Positions 36,808 through 47,141 are shown, numbered from the stretch's first letter. The stretch is DNA of 64,000 nt from an uncultured delta proteobacterium (GCA_963804165.1 CAWDPO010000008.1:81894-145893); one strand, 5' to 3'. Translations and numbers: made by a program. The notes: generated from the letters alone by a model not told the origin.

Positions 36808-37047
36808 GTTGGCCGCCTCGGAATCCGATGATGAGCGATAAACTGCGGCTTTATGCATCAAATGCATGCCACAATTTGAGCTATAAAAAAGTTTTTCAAC
36901 AATTCAACGGCTACGCCGTAAGTGATTCTGTCACGAGAGGGTTTTCTAAAACTTACTGAGCCTCTTCTGGACAGGTATAGTTATTTCGATCGATATCGGG
37001 AAGAATGATAGCGGCGGATTCATCCCCCTGACCAAGGAAGTCACACG

Positions 37048-38548
37048 ATGACGCACGTCCCTAACCACCCCGCCGCCGCGCGATTCGCCTTCGACAATAC
37101 CTATGCGCGCGAACTCGAGGGCTTCTACGTGCCCTGGAAGGCGGCGCAAGTGGCGCGGCCTAGCTTGGTCAAGCTCAACCGTGAGTTGGCTGAAGAATTG
37201 GGGCTTGAATGCCGGTGCTCTCGATTCCGATGGAGGCGCGAGGATCTTTGCCGGTACTGAGATACCCGAGGGAGCGCTGCCATTGGCCCAAGCGTACGCC
37301 GGCCACCAGTTCGGTGGCTTCGCGCCCCAACTTGGCGACGGCCGGGCGCTGCTCTTGGGCGAGGTGATCGACCGCAACGGACGTCGTCGTGACATTCAGC
37401 TCAAAGGCTCGGGTCCCACTCCCTTTTCGCGCAACGGCGACGGCCGGGCAGCGCTCGGTCCCGTGCTGCGTGAATACCTGATCGGCGAAGCGATGCACGC
37501 GCTCGGGATCCCAACGACCCGGGCGCTTGCCGCAGTCGTTACTGGCGAGCCTGTCTTTCGCGAGGAGGGTGCGCTGCCGGGCGCCGTTTTGACGCGGGTT
37601 GCTGCCAGCCACATCCGTGTCGGCACCTTCCAATTGTTCGCCTCCCGCGGTGAGCAGGCCAAGGTGCGTCGCCTGGCCGATTACGTCATCGATCGTCACT
37701 ACCCTGACCTGGAGGGCCACGCGAACCCCTACGTGGGATTGCTCGAGCGCGTGTGCGACAGCCAAGCAGCGCTCATTGCCAGCTGGATGCACGTGGGCTT
37801 CATCCATGGCGTGATGAACACCGACAATATGGCGATCTCCGGTGAGACGATCGACTACGGCCCATGCGCCTTCATGGATCATTATGATCCGGCGACAGTC
37901 TTCAGCTCCATCGACACTCGGGGTCGCTATGCCTACGCCAATCAGCCCAGGATCGCGCATTGGAACCTTGCGCGGTTTGCGGAGACGCTGGTCCCGCTGA
38001 TCGATGCCGATGAAAAGCGCGCCATCGCGCACGCCACCGGAGTGATCAATGCCTTTCCAGAACAATACGAACGCCACTGGCTGAAGGGCATGCGCGCCAA
38101 GCTCGGGCTGGTCAGTGAGGACGAGGCCGATCTCAACCTCGCCACCGGTTTGCTCGCCGCAATGGATGGCAAGAACGTCGACTACACGTTGGCTTTCCGC
38201 TACCTTGCCGATGCGGCCTTGGGCGAGGAGCAACCAATTCGCGCGCTGTTTGCCGATCCGTCGGCCTACGATCTCTGGAGTGGACACTGGCGCGCGCGCC
38301 TTGCGCGCGAGGCGGTGGCGCCTTTGGCGCGCGCGCAGGCGATGCGGCGTGTTAATCCCGCGTTCATTCCGCGCAATCATCGAGTCGAAGAAGCCTTGAG
38401 CGCTGCAGTGGAGCGCGACGATTACGCGCCTTTCGAGACGCTGCTGAATATCCTATCGCACCCGTTCGACGATCAGCTGGAGTTTGCCGCCTTTGCCGAA
38501 CCTGCGCCGGAAGGGCGTGAGCGCTACCAAACCTTCTGAGGCACCTGA
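37048..38548 (+). CDS. selO: SelO/YdiU protein adenylyltransferase; frameshift near 37205; probable in-frame Sec UGA at 38537-38539
   Basis: [50 protein letters not shown]; ends tac caa acc ttc TGA ggc acc tga = YQTF(U)GT*. Confidence 0.92.
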
Positions 38549-38577
38549 GTCACGCGTCCGGGCGACGCAAAATTTCA
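38546..38577 (+). promoter_or_regulatory. Candidate bacterial SECIS hairpin
   Basis: GCGTC-CGGGC-GACGC stem-loop with a G-containing apical loop starting 20 nt after the in-frame UGA. Confidence 0.5.
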
Positions 38578-38617
38578 CGAGCTTCACCAGCAAGAACGCT
38601 TTCCGTTTGCGACCAAC

Positions 38618-38800
38618 TAGTGTCCCGGCCCAGAAGTTCGCAAAACAAGTCGGAGGTCACATCGTCGTGCCGTCGAAAGCCAGCAGGCATCCAGGTTCGC
38701 GATTTTTCTGGATTCCGGGTCGCGCTACCCCGGACTGTGATCCGGGGTTGCCCGGAATGACGGATGAATTATGTAGCGAACTTCTAAGTCGGCACATTAT
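38618..38800. mobile_element. MITE/REP-like element with imperfect terminal inverted repeats (copy 2)
   Basis: tagtgtcccggcccagaagttcgc ... gcgaacttctaagtcggcacatta; internal tggattccgggtcgc...ggggttgcccggaatgacg is the reverse complement of the 35851 element. Confidence 0.75.
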
Positions 38801-39002
38801 CCTCACGACAACCCGGACGGACAGATAAAGGTCAAAGCCATGGCGCTTCTCAACTCTTAGAAATTCGGGGAAGGTGTTAGCGACAATCGCCGTAATCAAT
38901 TGTCTCAAGAGAAAAGCGTCAACAAAATACCAAACTCAAAGATTTGACACTACTTGCTATCAGTAGATGCTCCTGGACCGGAGCGTTTCACTATTGACTG
39001 GC

Positions 39003-39020
39003 GTTCGCAATAATGCGAAC
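39003..39020. promoter_or_regulatory. Palindromic operator of the TA pair
   Basis: GTTCGCA-ATAA-TGCGAAC directly after TTGACT and upstream of the toxin ATG. Confidence 0.7.
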
Positions 39021-39036
39021 ATAACTTTCTGAGACT

Positions 39037-39402
39037 ATGCCAAAGACAACCGTTGTCTTTTACCAAGATGACCCGGACACGGTCCCGGTGCTCGATTGGT
39101 TAGATTCGCTGCCTATGAAAGCTCTGGACAAATGTCGGGTTCGAATCGAACGGTTGCGTGATTTGGGTCATGAACTTCGACGCCCAGAGGCCGACTTCTT
39201 ACGAGATGGGATTTATGAACTACGGGTTCGACTCAGAACCACGAATTATCGAATGCTATACTTCTTCCATGGTCGGATTGCAGCGGTACTGGCGCACGGT
39301 CTGGTAAAAGAAAGTGAAGTACCTCAACACGATATTGAGCTAGCGATCCGAAGAAAATTGAATTTTGAACTCGACCCGGATCGATACACGTACAAGGAGT
39401 AG
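39037..39402 (+). CDS. Type II toxin, RelE/HigB (Gp49-like)
   Basis: PV.DWL..L, LRRP.AD.LRDGIYELR, YRMLYFF, HGLVK. Confidence 0.88.
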   Translation: MPKTTVVFYQDDPDTVPVLDWLDSLPMKALDKCRVRIERLRDLGHELRRPEADFLRDGIYELRVRLRTTNYRMLYFFHGRIAAVLAHGLVKESEVPQHDIELAIRRKLNFELDPDRYTYKE

Positions 39403-39407
39403 AAATC

Positions 39408-39740
39408 ATGGCAAAAACAAAGAGGAAAGCGACAGCGGATGCCGTTGAAATTCTCCACCGTCGCTATTATGCAGGCAAGCCGCGCCGACTCGCGGCTTTG
39501 GAGCAAGCACGATCGAACGACCACGTCGCTCGAAAGCTAACCGCACTGAGAATTGCGAACCGGCTAAGCCAACGTCAATTGGCACAACTCATCGGAACCA
39601 CAGCGTCAGTCATTTGTCGTCTCGAAGACGCCAGCTACGAGGGTCATTCCCTGGCGATGCTCAACCGAATCGCCGCGGCGCTAAATCAGCGCGTCGAGAT
39701 TCGTTTTGTGCCGGCAGAACGACGCTTGCGCTCCGCATGA
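39408..39740 (+). CDS. XRE-family HTH antitoxin (HigA-like)
   Basis: LSQRQLAQLIGTTASVICRLE...SLAMLNRIAAAL; directly downstream of the toxin. Confidence 0.88.
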   Translation: MAKTKRKATADAVEILHRRYYAGKPRRLAALEQARSNDHVARKLTALRIANRLSQRQLAQLIGTTASVICRLEDASYEGHSLAMLNRIAAALNQRVEIRFVPAERRLRSA

Positions 39741-39792
39741 TTCCAACCGACTGGACAGGCGCCAATATTTAAAGGAACCAGATCGACTCGGC

Positions 39793-40551
39793 ATGGCGCA
39801 AAAATTTTACGTGGTATGGTCAGGACGGCAGACCGGCGTATTTACGGATTGGGCGACCGCTCAGCGGGCCGTAACCGGATACGCCGGCGCGCGCTTCAAG
39901 GCCTTCCCGACCCGCTCGGAAGCGGAGGAGGCGTTTGCTCGTGGCGGCGCCGGAAGCATTTCGGCCAAAACTCCGAGCGCGCTAAAAACACGGGCAGCCG
40001 ACAGCGAACGCGCCGCGAGGCATACCGCTCATCAGTTCGATGTCAGCATTTATTGCGACGGCGCCTGTGAACCCAACCCCGGCAATGCCGGCTCTGGCAT
40101 CGTGGTGTATCGAGCCGGTAAACTTGCGGAATTGTGGTACGGCCTGTACCACCCCAGGGGAACCAACAACACCGCCGAACTGAACGCGCTCTATCACGCC
40201 TTGCGCATGGCCGAAGCGGAAATCAAAACCGGCAACACCGTCGAGGTGTGCAGCGACTCGGCGTACGCGATCAACTGCATTCGCAGCTGGGCGCCGAGCT
40301 GGGAAAAGAAAGGCTGGAAAAAACCCGGCGGCGAGATCAAGAACCTGGAAATCATCCAGGACTGCTACGCGATCTACCGACGTATTAAAAAAGAATTGAC
40401 CCTCACCCACGTCGCCGCCCACGTCGGCACCGAAGGCAACGAGCTCGCCGACCGCATGGCCATGCTCGCCGTGCAGCGTAAAGAAAAAAAACTGTGTCTG
40501 TATCTGGAAACGATGGACATTCCGACCCTGCTCAAGATGCGTGCGGGGTGA
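39793..40551 (+). CDS. Ribonuclease HI with N-terminal viroplasmin/hybrid-binding domain
   Basis: KFYVVWSGRQTGVF..W (hybrid-binding domain), YCDGAC..NPG, TNNTAEL, SDS.Y, HV.AH.G..GNELAD. Confidence 0.92.
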   Translation: MAQKFYVVWSGRQTGVFTDWATAQRAVTGYAGARFKAFPTRSEAEEAFARGGAGSISAKTPSALKTRAADSERAARHTAHQFDVSIYCDGACEPNPGNAGSGIVVYRAGKLAELWYGLYHPRGTNNTAELNALYHALRMAEAEIKTGNTVEVCSDSAYAINCIRSWAPSWEKKGWKKPGGEIKNLEIIQDCYAIYRRIKKELTLTHVAAHVGTEGNELADRMAMLAVQRKEKKLCLYLETMDIPTLLKMRAG

Positions 40552-40571
40552 GCGCCTCAAAACCCACCGAT

Positions 40572-40712
40572 CGAACGACTTGAACAGTTTGAACGAACGG
40601 AACCGCTGGACTCAAACGGCTTGAACGGAGCGAATCCTTCGACAAGCTGGATGAGCGAAGTTCGAGCTGCTCATGGTGAGCTCTGGTCGAACCATTTGAA
40701 CGATTTGAACGC
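40572..40712 (+). repeat. TTGAACG-periodic intergenic repeat with REP-like insert
   Basis: ~9-bp spaced (t)tgaac units; 40669..40710 matches 48342..48383 (42 bp, 1 mismatch). Confidence 0.8.
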
Positions 40713-40750
40713 TCGATGTCGTCTGTGCGATCCGCCCACGCCTACAATTT

Positions 40751-41851
40751 CTACTTCAACGAAGCCATATCGATGACAAAGCGGTATTTCACATCACTTT
40801 TGAGGAGACGCTCGTAGGCTTCGTTGATCTGCTCAACCCGGATCACTTCCACGTCCGAGGTGATATTGTGCTCGGCACAGAAGTCGAGCATCTCCTGGGT
40901 CTCGCGGGTGCCACCAATGCTGGAGCCAGCGATCTGCCGCCGCTTCGGCAGCAGGCCAAAGATTTCGATCGGCAGCGGTTTTTCCGGCGCACCGACCATG
41001 GTCAGTGTGCCGTCGCGCTTCAACAACTCGAGATAGGCGTTTAAATCGTGCTCCGCCGAAACCGTATCCAAGATAAAGTCAAAGCTCAGCCCATGTTTCT
41101 TCATCTCCGCGGCATTTTTTGACACCACGACTTCGTGCGCGCCAAGCCGCCGCCCGTCTTCGATCTTGTTCGGCGAAGTCGTGAAGAGCACGACTTCCGC
41201 GCCGAAAGCGTTTGCGAACTTCACTCCCATGTGACCCAACCCGCCGAGTCCCACGATGCCGACCTTCTGGCCTTTGCCGACCTTCCAGTGGCGTAGCGGC
41301 GAGTATGTCGTGATACCGGCGCACAGCAGCGGCGCCGTCCCGGCGAGATCCAATTTCTCCGAAGCCCGCAAGACAAACGCTTCATCGACCACGACGCTCT
41401 CGGAATACCCTCCATAAGTTACACCGCCCAGGTGTTTGTCTTCCCCATTGTAGGTGAGCGTGGGAAAGCTATCGCAATACTGCTCTTCACCGGCGCGGCA
41501 TGAGGCGCACGCGCGGCAGGAGTCCACCATGCAGCCGACCGCGGCGAGGTCGCCGGCTTTCAACTTCGTTACTGCACTCCCGGTTTTAACGACCCGGCCG
41601 ACAATCTCGTGGCCCGGGACGCACGGATAAGTTGTCGGCATCGCTTTCTGCCACTCGTTGCGCACCTGGTGCAAATCCGAATGACACACCCCGCAGTACA
41701 AAATGTCGATCTGCACATCCTGCGGTCCGGGGATGCGGCGCCGAATTGTCAATGGCGCCAGACCTGACGTGGGACTTTGAGCCGCAAAAGCTTTTGCCGT
41801 TTGGGAAACGCCTTTTTCCTGCTGCGCGCTTTGTGGAGTCGCTCCGCTCAT
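40751..41851 (-). CDS. Zn-dependent NAD(P) alcohol dehydrogenase (CAD family)
   Basis: CGVCHSD, GHEIVG, structural Zn C..C..C.......C, APLLCAGITTYSPL, GLGGLGH, YRFVID. Confidence 0.95.
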   Translation of the reverse strand: MSGATPQSAQQEKGVSQTAKAFAAQSPTSGLAPLTIRRRIPGPQDVQIDILYCGVCHSDLHQVRNEWQKAMPTTYPCVPGHEIVGRVVKTGSAVTKLKAGDLAAVGCMVDSCRACASCRAGEEQYCDSFPTLTYNGEDKHLGGVTYGGYSESVVVDEAFVLRASEKLDLAGTAPLLCAGITTYSPLRHWKVGKGQKVGIVGLGGLGHMGVKFANAFGAEVVLFTTSPNKIEDGRRLGAHEVVVSKNAAEMKKHGLSFDFILDTVSAEHDLNAYLELLKRDGTLTMVGAPEKPLPIEIFGLLPKRRQIAGSSIGGTRETQEMLDFCAEHNITSDVEVIRVEQINEAYERLLKSDVKYRFVIDMASLK

Positions 41852-42078
41852 ATCGGTATCCCTCCTAATACTTGATTATTGGATTCGAAAGTCGCAAGAG
41901 AAGTGCCGGACGGTGTCGATATCCACAATATTATATCGTTAGATTCAGATAGCTAGAGACTTCTGTTATTTGATCCGGCCTGGAATAGCGAAGATTGATG
42001 ACAGAATGTCGACGGCTGCCGAAATGTCCCCGCGCGCTTGTTGGGTACTCATGATCATCTCAGATGGAAGCCGACCTT

Positions 42079-42130
42079 TCGATGTGTGCAGCGACTCGGC
42101 CTACTCCATCACTGCAGTTCGCAGTTGGGC
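42079..42130 (+). pseudogene. Short internal RNase H gene remnant
   Basis: tcgatgtgtgcagcgactcggcctactccatca-ctgcagttcgcagttgggc aligns with 40241..40292 tcgaggtgtgcagcgactcggcgtacgcgatcaactgcattcgcagctgggc. Confidence 0.75.
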
Positions 42131-42202
42131 ATGGCGATCAATCTAGACTTTAATCGATTCATAACGTAGTAAATTTCATGCGCGAAGAAGGAGAATAGGC
42201 TC

Positions 42203-43033
42203 ATGCGTTGGGAAGTCGCGGCACGCAGCATCGCTTCGATAGTCGAATCTCCGCAATTCCGCCACACCGTAACGGCCCTGATCTTGGTCAATGCGATCGT
42301 CGTCGGCCTGGACACTTACCCCGAGGTCAGAGCCGTTTATGGGGATGTCCTTCAAACCGCTGACCGTATTGTTCTGTACCTGTTCACAGCGGAGCTGGCG
42401 CTGCGCTTTCTTGGAGCCAGTCCACCGCCGGCGTTTTTTCGCAGCGGCTGGAACATCTTCGATCTTGTTATCGTCGCGCTCGGCTTTCTGCCCGCATCGG
42501 AATTTTTCACGGTCGCGCGCCTGTTCCGCATCATCCGCGTGCTGCGGGCCATCAGCGTCATCCCTGATCTGCAAAAAGTCGTCGCCGCCTTGCTGCCTAG
42601 CCTGCCGTCGTTGGGTCACATCGCAGCCTTGCTTGGGCTTCTGATCTATGTTTACGGCGCCATCGGCACGTCGTTGTTCGGGGCCTTTGCACCTCGATAC
42701 TTCGGCACCCTGCATCAAAGCGTGCTCACACTATTTGGCGTGATTACCCTTGAGGGCTGGGTGACCGTGATGGACGAAGTGCTGCCGCACATGCCCGCGG
42801 CGTGGATCTATTTTGTGACGTTTATTCTGCTCGGCACTTTCGTCGCTCTCAATTTTTTTGTCGGCGTCATCGTCAACAACCTTCAGTCGGTGGCGACCGA
42901 CGAGGTCAATGACTTAGCTGAGATCCGTAAAGCCCTGGCGCGCCTGGAAGCCCACCTGCAGACCGAGCCAAGCGATGAAAAACTTAACGATCGCCGCGTC
43001 GTGAATGTCCGGACGATAGAAAGCGCCTCTTGA
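42203..43033 (+). CDS. Bacterial voltage-gated sodium channel (BacNav/NaChBac-like ion transporter)
   Basis: 6 TM; S3 WNIFD, S4 RLFRIIRVLR, pore filter TLEGW, S6 FVALNFFVGVIVN, C-terminal coiled coil. Confidence 0.9.
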   Translation: MRWEVAARSIASIVESPQFRHTVTALILVNAIVVGLDTYPEVRAVYGDVLQTADRIVLYLFTAELALRFLGASPPPAFFRSGWNIFDLVIVALGFLPASEFFTVARLFRIIRVLRAISVIPDLQKVVAALLPSLPSLGHIAALLGLLIYVYGAIGTSLFGAFAPRYFGTLHQSVLTLFGVITLEGWVTVMDEVLPHMPAAWIYFVTFILLGTFVALNFFVGVIVNNLQSVATDEVNDLAEIRKALARLEAHLQTEPSDEKLNDRRVVNVRTIESAS

Positions 43034-43141
43034 GGTGTGCGGTCCGACTCGCACAACAGGTCGAGCTTCTTGACGAGCGCCGCTGCGTAGCGTAACTTCA
43101 GTTGACCAGAATTTTGGTCGAGTCGTCGAAGGACCGCTAGC

Positions 43142-43435
43142 ATGTCCAAAACGATCCCTATCTCAGAGGTGAAAACACGATTGCCAGAGCTCGTCTCCGG
43201 TGTCGAGGAGCGTGACGATGAGATCGTCGTCACGCGCAACGGGAAACCTGCTGCCGTGCTGGTGAATTACACCGAATACGAGCGATTGAAAGAGACGTTG
43301 GATGTCTTGAGCGATCCCGCATCGATGAGGCAGATCGCTCAGAGTAAACGTTTCTACGCCAAAGGTCGGCAAGGAGACTCCTTCGAAACCGTCTTTGGCG
43401 AATCTCTCGTTGCGCGTAAACGTCGGAAGAAATAA
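43142..43435 (+). CDS. Phd/YefM antitoxin
   Basis: ISEVKTRLPELV, VTRNGKPAAVLV...YE.L.ETL. Confidence 0.92.
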   Translation: MSKTIPISEVKTRLPELVSGVEERDDEIVVTRNGKPAAVLVNYTEYERLKETLDVLSDPASMRQIAQSKRFYAKGRQGDSFETVFGESLVARKRRKK

Positions 43436-43731
43436 TGGCCGGCTATCGGCCCGAGATTCCTCCTCATGTGGCTGAGGTCGTACGCCACTTAACTCCGGAA
43501 TTAAAGCGCGGCATCAAGGAAGCGCTTCGATCTTTAAGCGCCGATCCCTTCGTCGGTGCGCCGCTCATCGGAGAATTGACCGGCCTGTGGCGGATCAAAG
43601 TCAGGCGGTTTCGCATTGTTTACGAACTCGATCGCAAAGCCCGCGTGCTAAGGATTTTCGCCATCGGCCACCAGCGAGAAGTTTACGAAGAAGTAGCCGA
43701 CCGACTGCGCCAGGGAAGAGAACGTAGGTAG
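43435..43731 (+). CDS. RelE/ParE toxin
   Basis: G.PL.GELTGLWRIKV.RFRIVY...IGHQREVY; TAATG overlap with the antitoxin. Confidence 0.9.
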   Translation: MAGYRPEIPPHVAEVVRHLTPELKRGIKEALRSLSADPFVGAPLIGELTGLWRIKVRRFRIVYELDRKARVLRIFAIGHQREVYEEVADRLRQGRERR

Positions 43732-43909
43732 GCTTGCTGTTTTTGCCAAAGGGTAGAGCTTTCGGCTCATCAAGCATCCCTCATACTCCACACCCTTGCA
43801 CCTTGACCCCCGGCTGCGTTATTTCATCTAGTATGGCTGTGAGCGGTTTTTTTAGAAATCCGCGCGACAGCAGCTCGCGCAATTTTCACAATACAAAGGA
43901 GCCGAAACG

Positions 43910-44989
43910 ATGGCCATTATTGAACGAACCTATGGTAAAGAGACCAACGCCGTTATCAATGAAATGTTGATTTCATCGGATTCTCACGTCATCGAGCCCG
44001 CGGGTCTTTGGCAGAAACAACTGCCGAAGGCTTTTCAGGACCGCGCTCCCGATTTTGGCGGACAAAGGCCCAACGACACACCCGGCGGCGCCCAGGACAA
44101 GAACAAGCGCGTTTCCGAGATGGCCGCCGACGGCGTCAGCGCCGAGGTGCTCTATCCGACCCATGGCTTGAAGTGCTTGAGCCTCGACGATCACGAGTTG
44201 GAGGCGGCTTGCTGCCGAGTTTACAACGATTGGCTCATCGACTACTGCAGCGCCGCGCCCGACCGGCTGATCGGCATTTCGATGTTATCGATGCACGACA
44301 TCGACGGCGCCGTGAAAGAGCTGGAGCGCTGCCGCAAGGCTGGCATGCGTGGCTCGGTGATCTGGCAGGTGCCGCCGCCGGAATTACCTTTTTCCTCATC
44401 GCACTATGACAAGTTCTGGGCCGCCTCTCAGGATCTCGAGATGCCGGTCAACTTGCACATCTTGAGCGGGCACGGCTACAGCCGTAGCCGTTCGGTCGGT
44501 CTCGGAGATACGCCAACCGGCATGACTGCGGAGCACAATAGCGTCAACATGAAACTCTTTCAGTCGGTCGATAGCCTCTACGAACTGATCTATTCCGGCG
44601 TGCTCGAGCGTTTCCCCAAGCTCAAAGTTGTCCTCGTCGAGAACGAGCTCGGCTGGATTCCGTTTGTATTGGAGCAGTGGGATTACTACTTCAAACGCCA
44701 CGGCGCCAAGCGCGAGGGCCTGGCGATCAAAAAACTCCCCAGCGAATACTTCCATAACCAGATCTACACCACTTTCTTCAACGACGCCGTCGGCGGTCAT
44801 ATCCTGTCGTGGTGGGGCACCGACAACTGCATGTGGTCCAACGACTTCCCGCACGGCAACTCGACCTGGCCCAATTCTCGTCACGTTGTCGCTCGCGATC
44901 TAGGCGACCTCCCCGCCCCGCTGCGCGCCAAACTGGTGCGGGAAAACGTCGCTAGACTTTACAACATTCCGATTCCCAGTTCGGTCTGA
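43910..44989 (+). CDS. Amidohydrolase family protein
   Basis: ISSDSHVIEP, YNDWL, LHI, ERFPKLKVVLVE, MWSNDFPH. Confidence 0.9.
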   Translation: MAIIERTYGKETNAVINEMLISSDSHVIEPAGLWQKQLPKAFQDRAPDFGGQRPNDTPGGAQDKNKRVSEMAADGVSAEVLYPTHGLKCLSLDDHELEAACCRVYNDWLIDYCSAAPDRLIGISMLSMHDIDGAVKELERCRKAGMRGSVIWQVPPPELPFSSSHYDKFWAASQDLEMPVNLHILSGHGYSRSRSVGLGDTPTGMTAEHNSVNMKLFQSVDSLYELIYSGVLERFPKLKVVLVENELGWIPFVLEQWDYYFKRHGAKREGLAIKKLPSEYFHNQIYTTFFNDAVGGHILSWWGTDNCMWSNDFPHGNSTWPNSRHVVARDLGDLPAPLRAKLVRENVARLYNIPIPSSV

Positions 44990-45017
44990 GATCAAGCAGC
45001 TCTCCATCAACGTCTGT

Positions 45018-45103
45018 GGAATTGATTTCAATGATTGGAACCCGCTGAACTCATAAACGGCTTGAACGGAGAAAGCGGTTGAACGGTTGGAACGACTTGA
45101 ACG
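45018..45103 (+). repeat. TTGAACG-periodic intergenic repeat
   Basis: aaacggcttgaacggagaaagcggttgaacggttggaacgacttgaacg. Confidence 0.75.
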
Positions 45104-45121
45104 TTCTCCTCTGATTCCCCC

Positions 45122-45923
45122 ATGCGTCTAGGAGGAAAAACCGCCGTTGTCATCGGCGCCGGTCAGGGCCCGGGCGAAGGTCTGGGCAACGGGCGCGCCA
45201 CGGTGCTGCGATTTACCCAGGAAGGCGCCAAGGTTATGGCTGTCGATCGTGAGCTCCGATCCGCCGAGGAGACCGCGTCGATGGTCAAGCAGAGCGGCGG
45301 CGATTGCATCGCCTTCGAGGCCGACGTCACTCAAGGAATCGACCCTTGCCGCCGCCATGGCGGCGGCGCAGCAGCGCTGGGGCCACATCGACATTCTGCA
45401 TTACAACGTCGGCGTCAGCATCGCCGGCGGCGATGCGCCGCTGCTCGAGTTCACCGAAGAGGCTTTCGACCGTATCAGCGCGATCAACCTGCGCGGCGCC
45501 ATCATGGCTTGCAAGCACGTCATGCCAATCATGCGACGGCAGCGTGCCGGCGCCATCACCATGATCTCTTCGCTTGCCGCACTGGAAAACTATCCCTTCG
45601 TCGCCTACAAGGCGACCAAAGCGGCGCTGATCGCGTTTACCAAGCAAGTCGCCATCCAGAACGCCGAGTTTGGTATTCGCGCTAACGTGATCCTGCCCGG
45701 CCTGATCGACACGCCGATGGCGGTCGACACGCGCGCCCGCGTGAGCGGCAAGAGCCGCGCCGAGGTCGCGACGGAGCGCGATGCCCGCGTACCGCTACGG
45801 CGCAAAATGGGTACGGCTTGGGACGTGGCCAATGCGGCGCTGTTCCTCGCCTCCGATGAAGCCAACTTTATCACCGGAGTGGCACTTCTCGTCGACGGTG
45901 GCGGCGCCCTCAACATCGGGTGA
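45122..45923 (+). CDS. SDR family oxidoreductase (frameshift near 45335)
   Basis: GAGQG..G.GNG, YKATK, IRANVILPG.IDT, FLASDEA.FITG. Confidence 0.9.
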
Positions 45924-45955
45924 GTATATCGCGACCAACTCTCGGACTGCGGTTC

Positions 45956-46032
45956 GTTCAAGGTTCAATGTTCCAGGTTCAAGGAGGAATTCCGATCTGT
46001 CGACTTTGAACGTTGAACCTTGAACTTTGAAC
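45956..46032. repeat. Hairpin of 7-bp units (GTTCAAG)n...(TTGAAC)n
   Basis: gttcaaggttcaatgttccaggttcaagg ... ctttgaacgttgaaccttgaactttgaac; homolog of 15638..15713. Confidence 0.85.
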
Positions 46033-46060
46033 GCTTTTATTCACTGACACGGAGGCGATT

Positions 46061-47047
46061 ATGAAAGCAATGCCTTGCAGAGTTATTGCTCTTGGCTTTG
46101 TCCTGATTCTTCTTCCCGGCGTGGCTCAGGCGCAAAAGCTCGTGGTCGGCTATTCCGGCATCACCGCGATACAGGCCCCCTTCTGGATCATCAAGGACGC
46201 CGGCTACTTCAAGCAGGAGGGATTGGACGCGAGTCTCGTTTATATCGCCGCCTCATCGACCATGGCGCAGGCGATGATGGCAGGCGAAGTCGCGATCTCT
46301 ACCGCGAACAGTCAAGCGATCGTCGACACCGGCCTTCAGGGCGGCGATCTCGTGGCGGTCGGCGCGATTGTCAATTTCGTCGCGCTGTACGTGATCGCCG
46401 CGCCAGAGATCAAGACTGTTCAAGACTTGAGAGGCAAGCCCGTGGGAGTTACGCGCTTTGGCGCGACTACGGATTTCGCGATGCAGATGTTTCTGAAAAA
46501 ATATGGTCTGGAGCCGGTGCGCGACGTGCCGATCATCCAGATCGGTGGATTGCCGGAGTTGGCCGCGGGCTTGTCGAATAAATCCATTTACGCCGCGGCC
46601 ATGTCCTATCCCATGGGCTTGGTGGCGCAACAGGCTGGGATGAAGATGCTGGCCAATCTAGCCAAGGAGGGGATCCCCTTTGTGCATCAAGGCCTGACGA
46701 CAACGGGTAAATTCCTGCGCGAACGCAGATCTCAGGCAAAGGCATTCGTTCGCGCTTACGGCAAGGCCGTTCATTTCATGCATACCCGCAAAGAGGAGTC
46801 GAAGGCGATCGTTTCCCGTTACACCAAGGTCACGGATCCGGCAATGCTCGAGGGCACGATGCAATACGCCTACGATTTCGTTGAGAAGATCCCTCTGGTC
46901 AAGCGCGAGGCCTTTCAGGTAACCGCGGATGAGATCGGCAAGAAAAATCCCAAGGCCAAGCAAGCAAAGCTGGAGCAGTTCTATGACAACAGCTTGGTGC
47001 AGGAGTTGATCAACGAGGGCTTTTTCACCTCGCTATGGGGAAAATAA
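46061..47047 (+). CDS. NitT/TauT ABC substrate-binding protein
   Basis: Signal peptide; GYFKQEGLD, DLRGKPVGVTRFGATTDF, FYDNSLV. Confidence 0.88.
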   Translation: MKAMPCRVIALGFVLILLPGVAQAQKLVVGYSGITAIQAPFWIIKDAGYFKQEGLDASLVYIAASSTMAQAMMAGEVAISTANSQAIVDTGLQGGDLVAVGAIVNFVALYVIAAPEIKTVQDLRGKPVGVTRFGATTDFAMQMFLKKYGLEPVRDVPIIQIGGLPELAAGLSNKSIYAAAMSYPMGLVAQQAGMKMLANLAKEGIPFVHQGLTTTGKFLRERRSQAKAFVRAYGKAVHFMHTRKEESKAIVSRYTKVTDPAMLEGTMQYAYDFVEKIPLVKREAFQVTADEIGKKNPKAKQAKLEQFYDNSLVQELINEGFFTSLWGK

Positions 47048-47141
47048 GAGCTAAAAGCGGATTTGACCCGCTGTAGTGACTGGCCAAGCTCGTTTGACCT
47101 CGGAGTTGAATTCAAAAACATGTTCAGAGCAGGGAGGTGTT

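Noticed and set aside
37175-38380. Long antisense ORFs (401 aa here; also 9277..10140 and 27270..28274)
   Set aside because: Shadow frames of GC-rich genes with clear sense-strand families; no recognisable motifs
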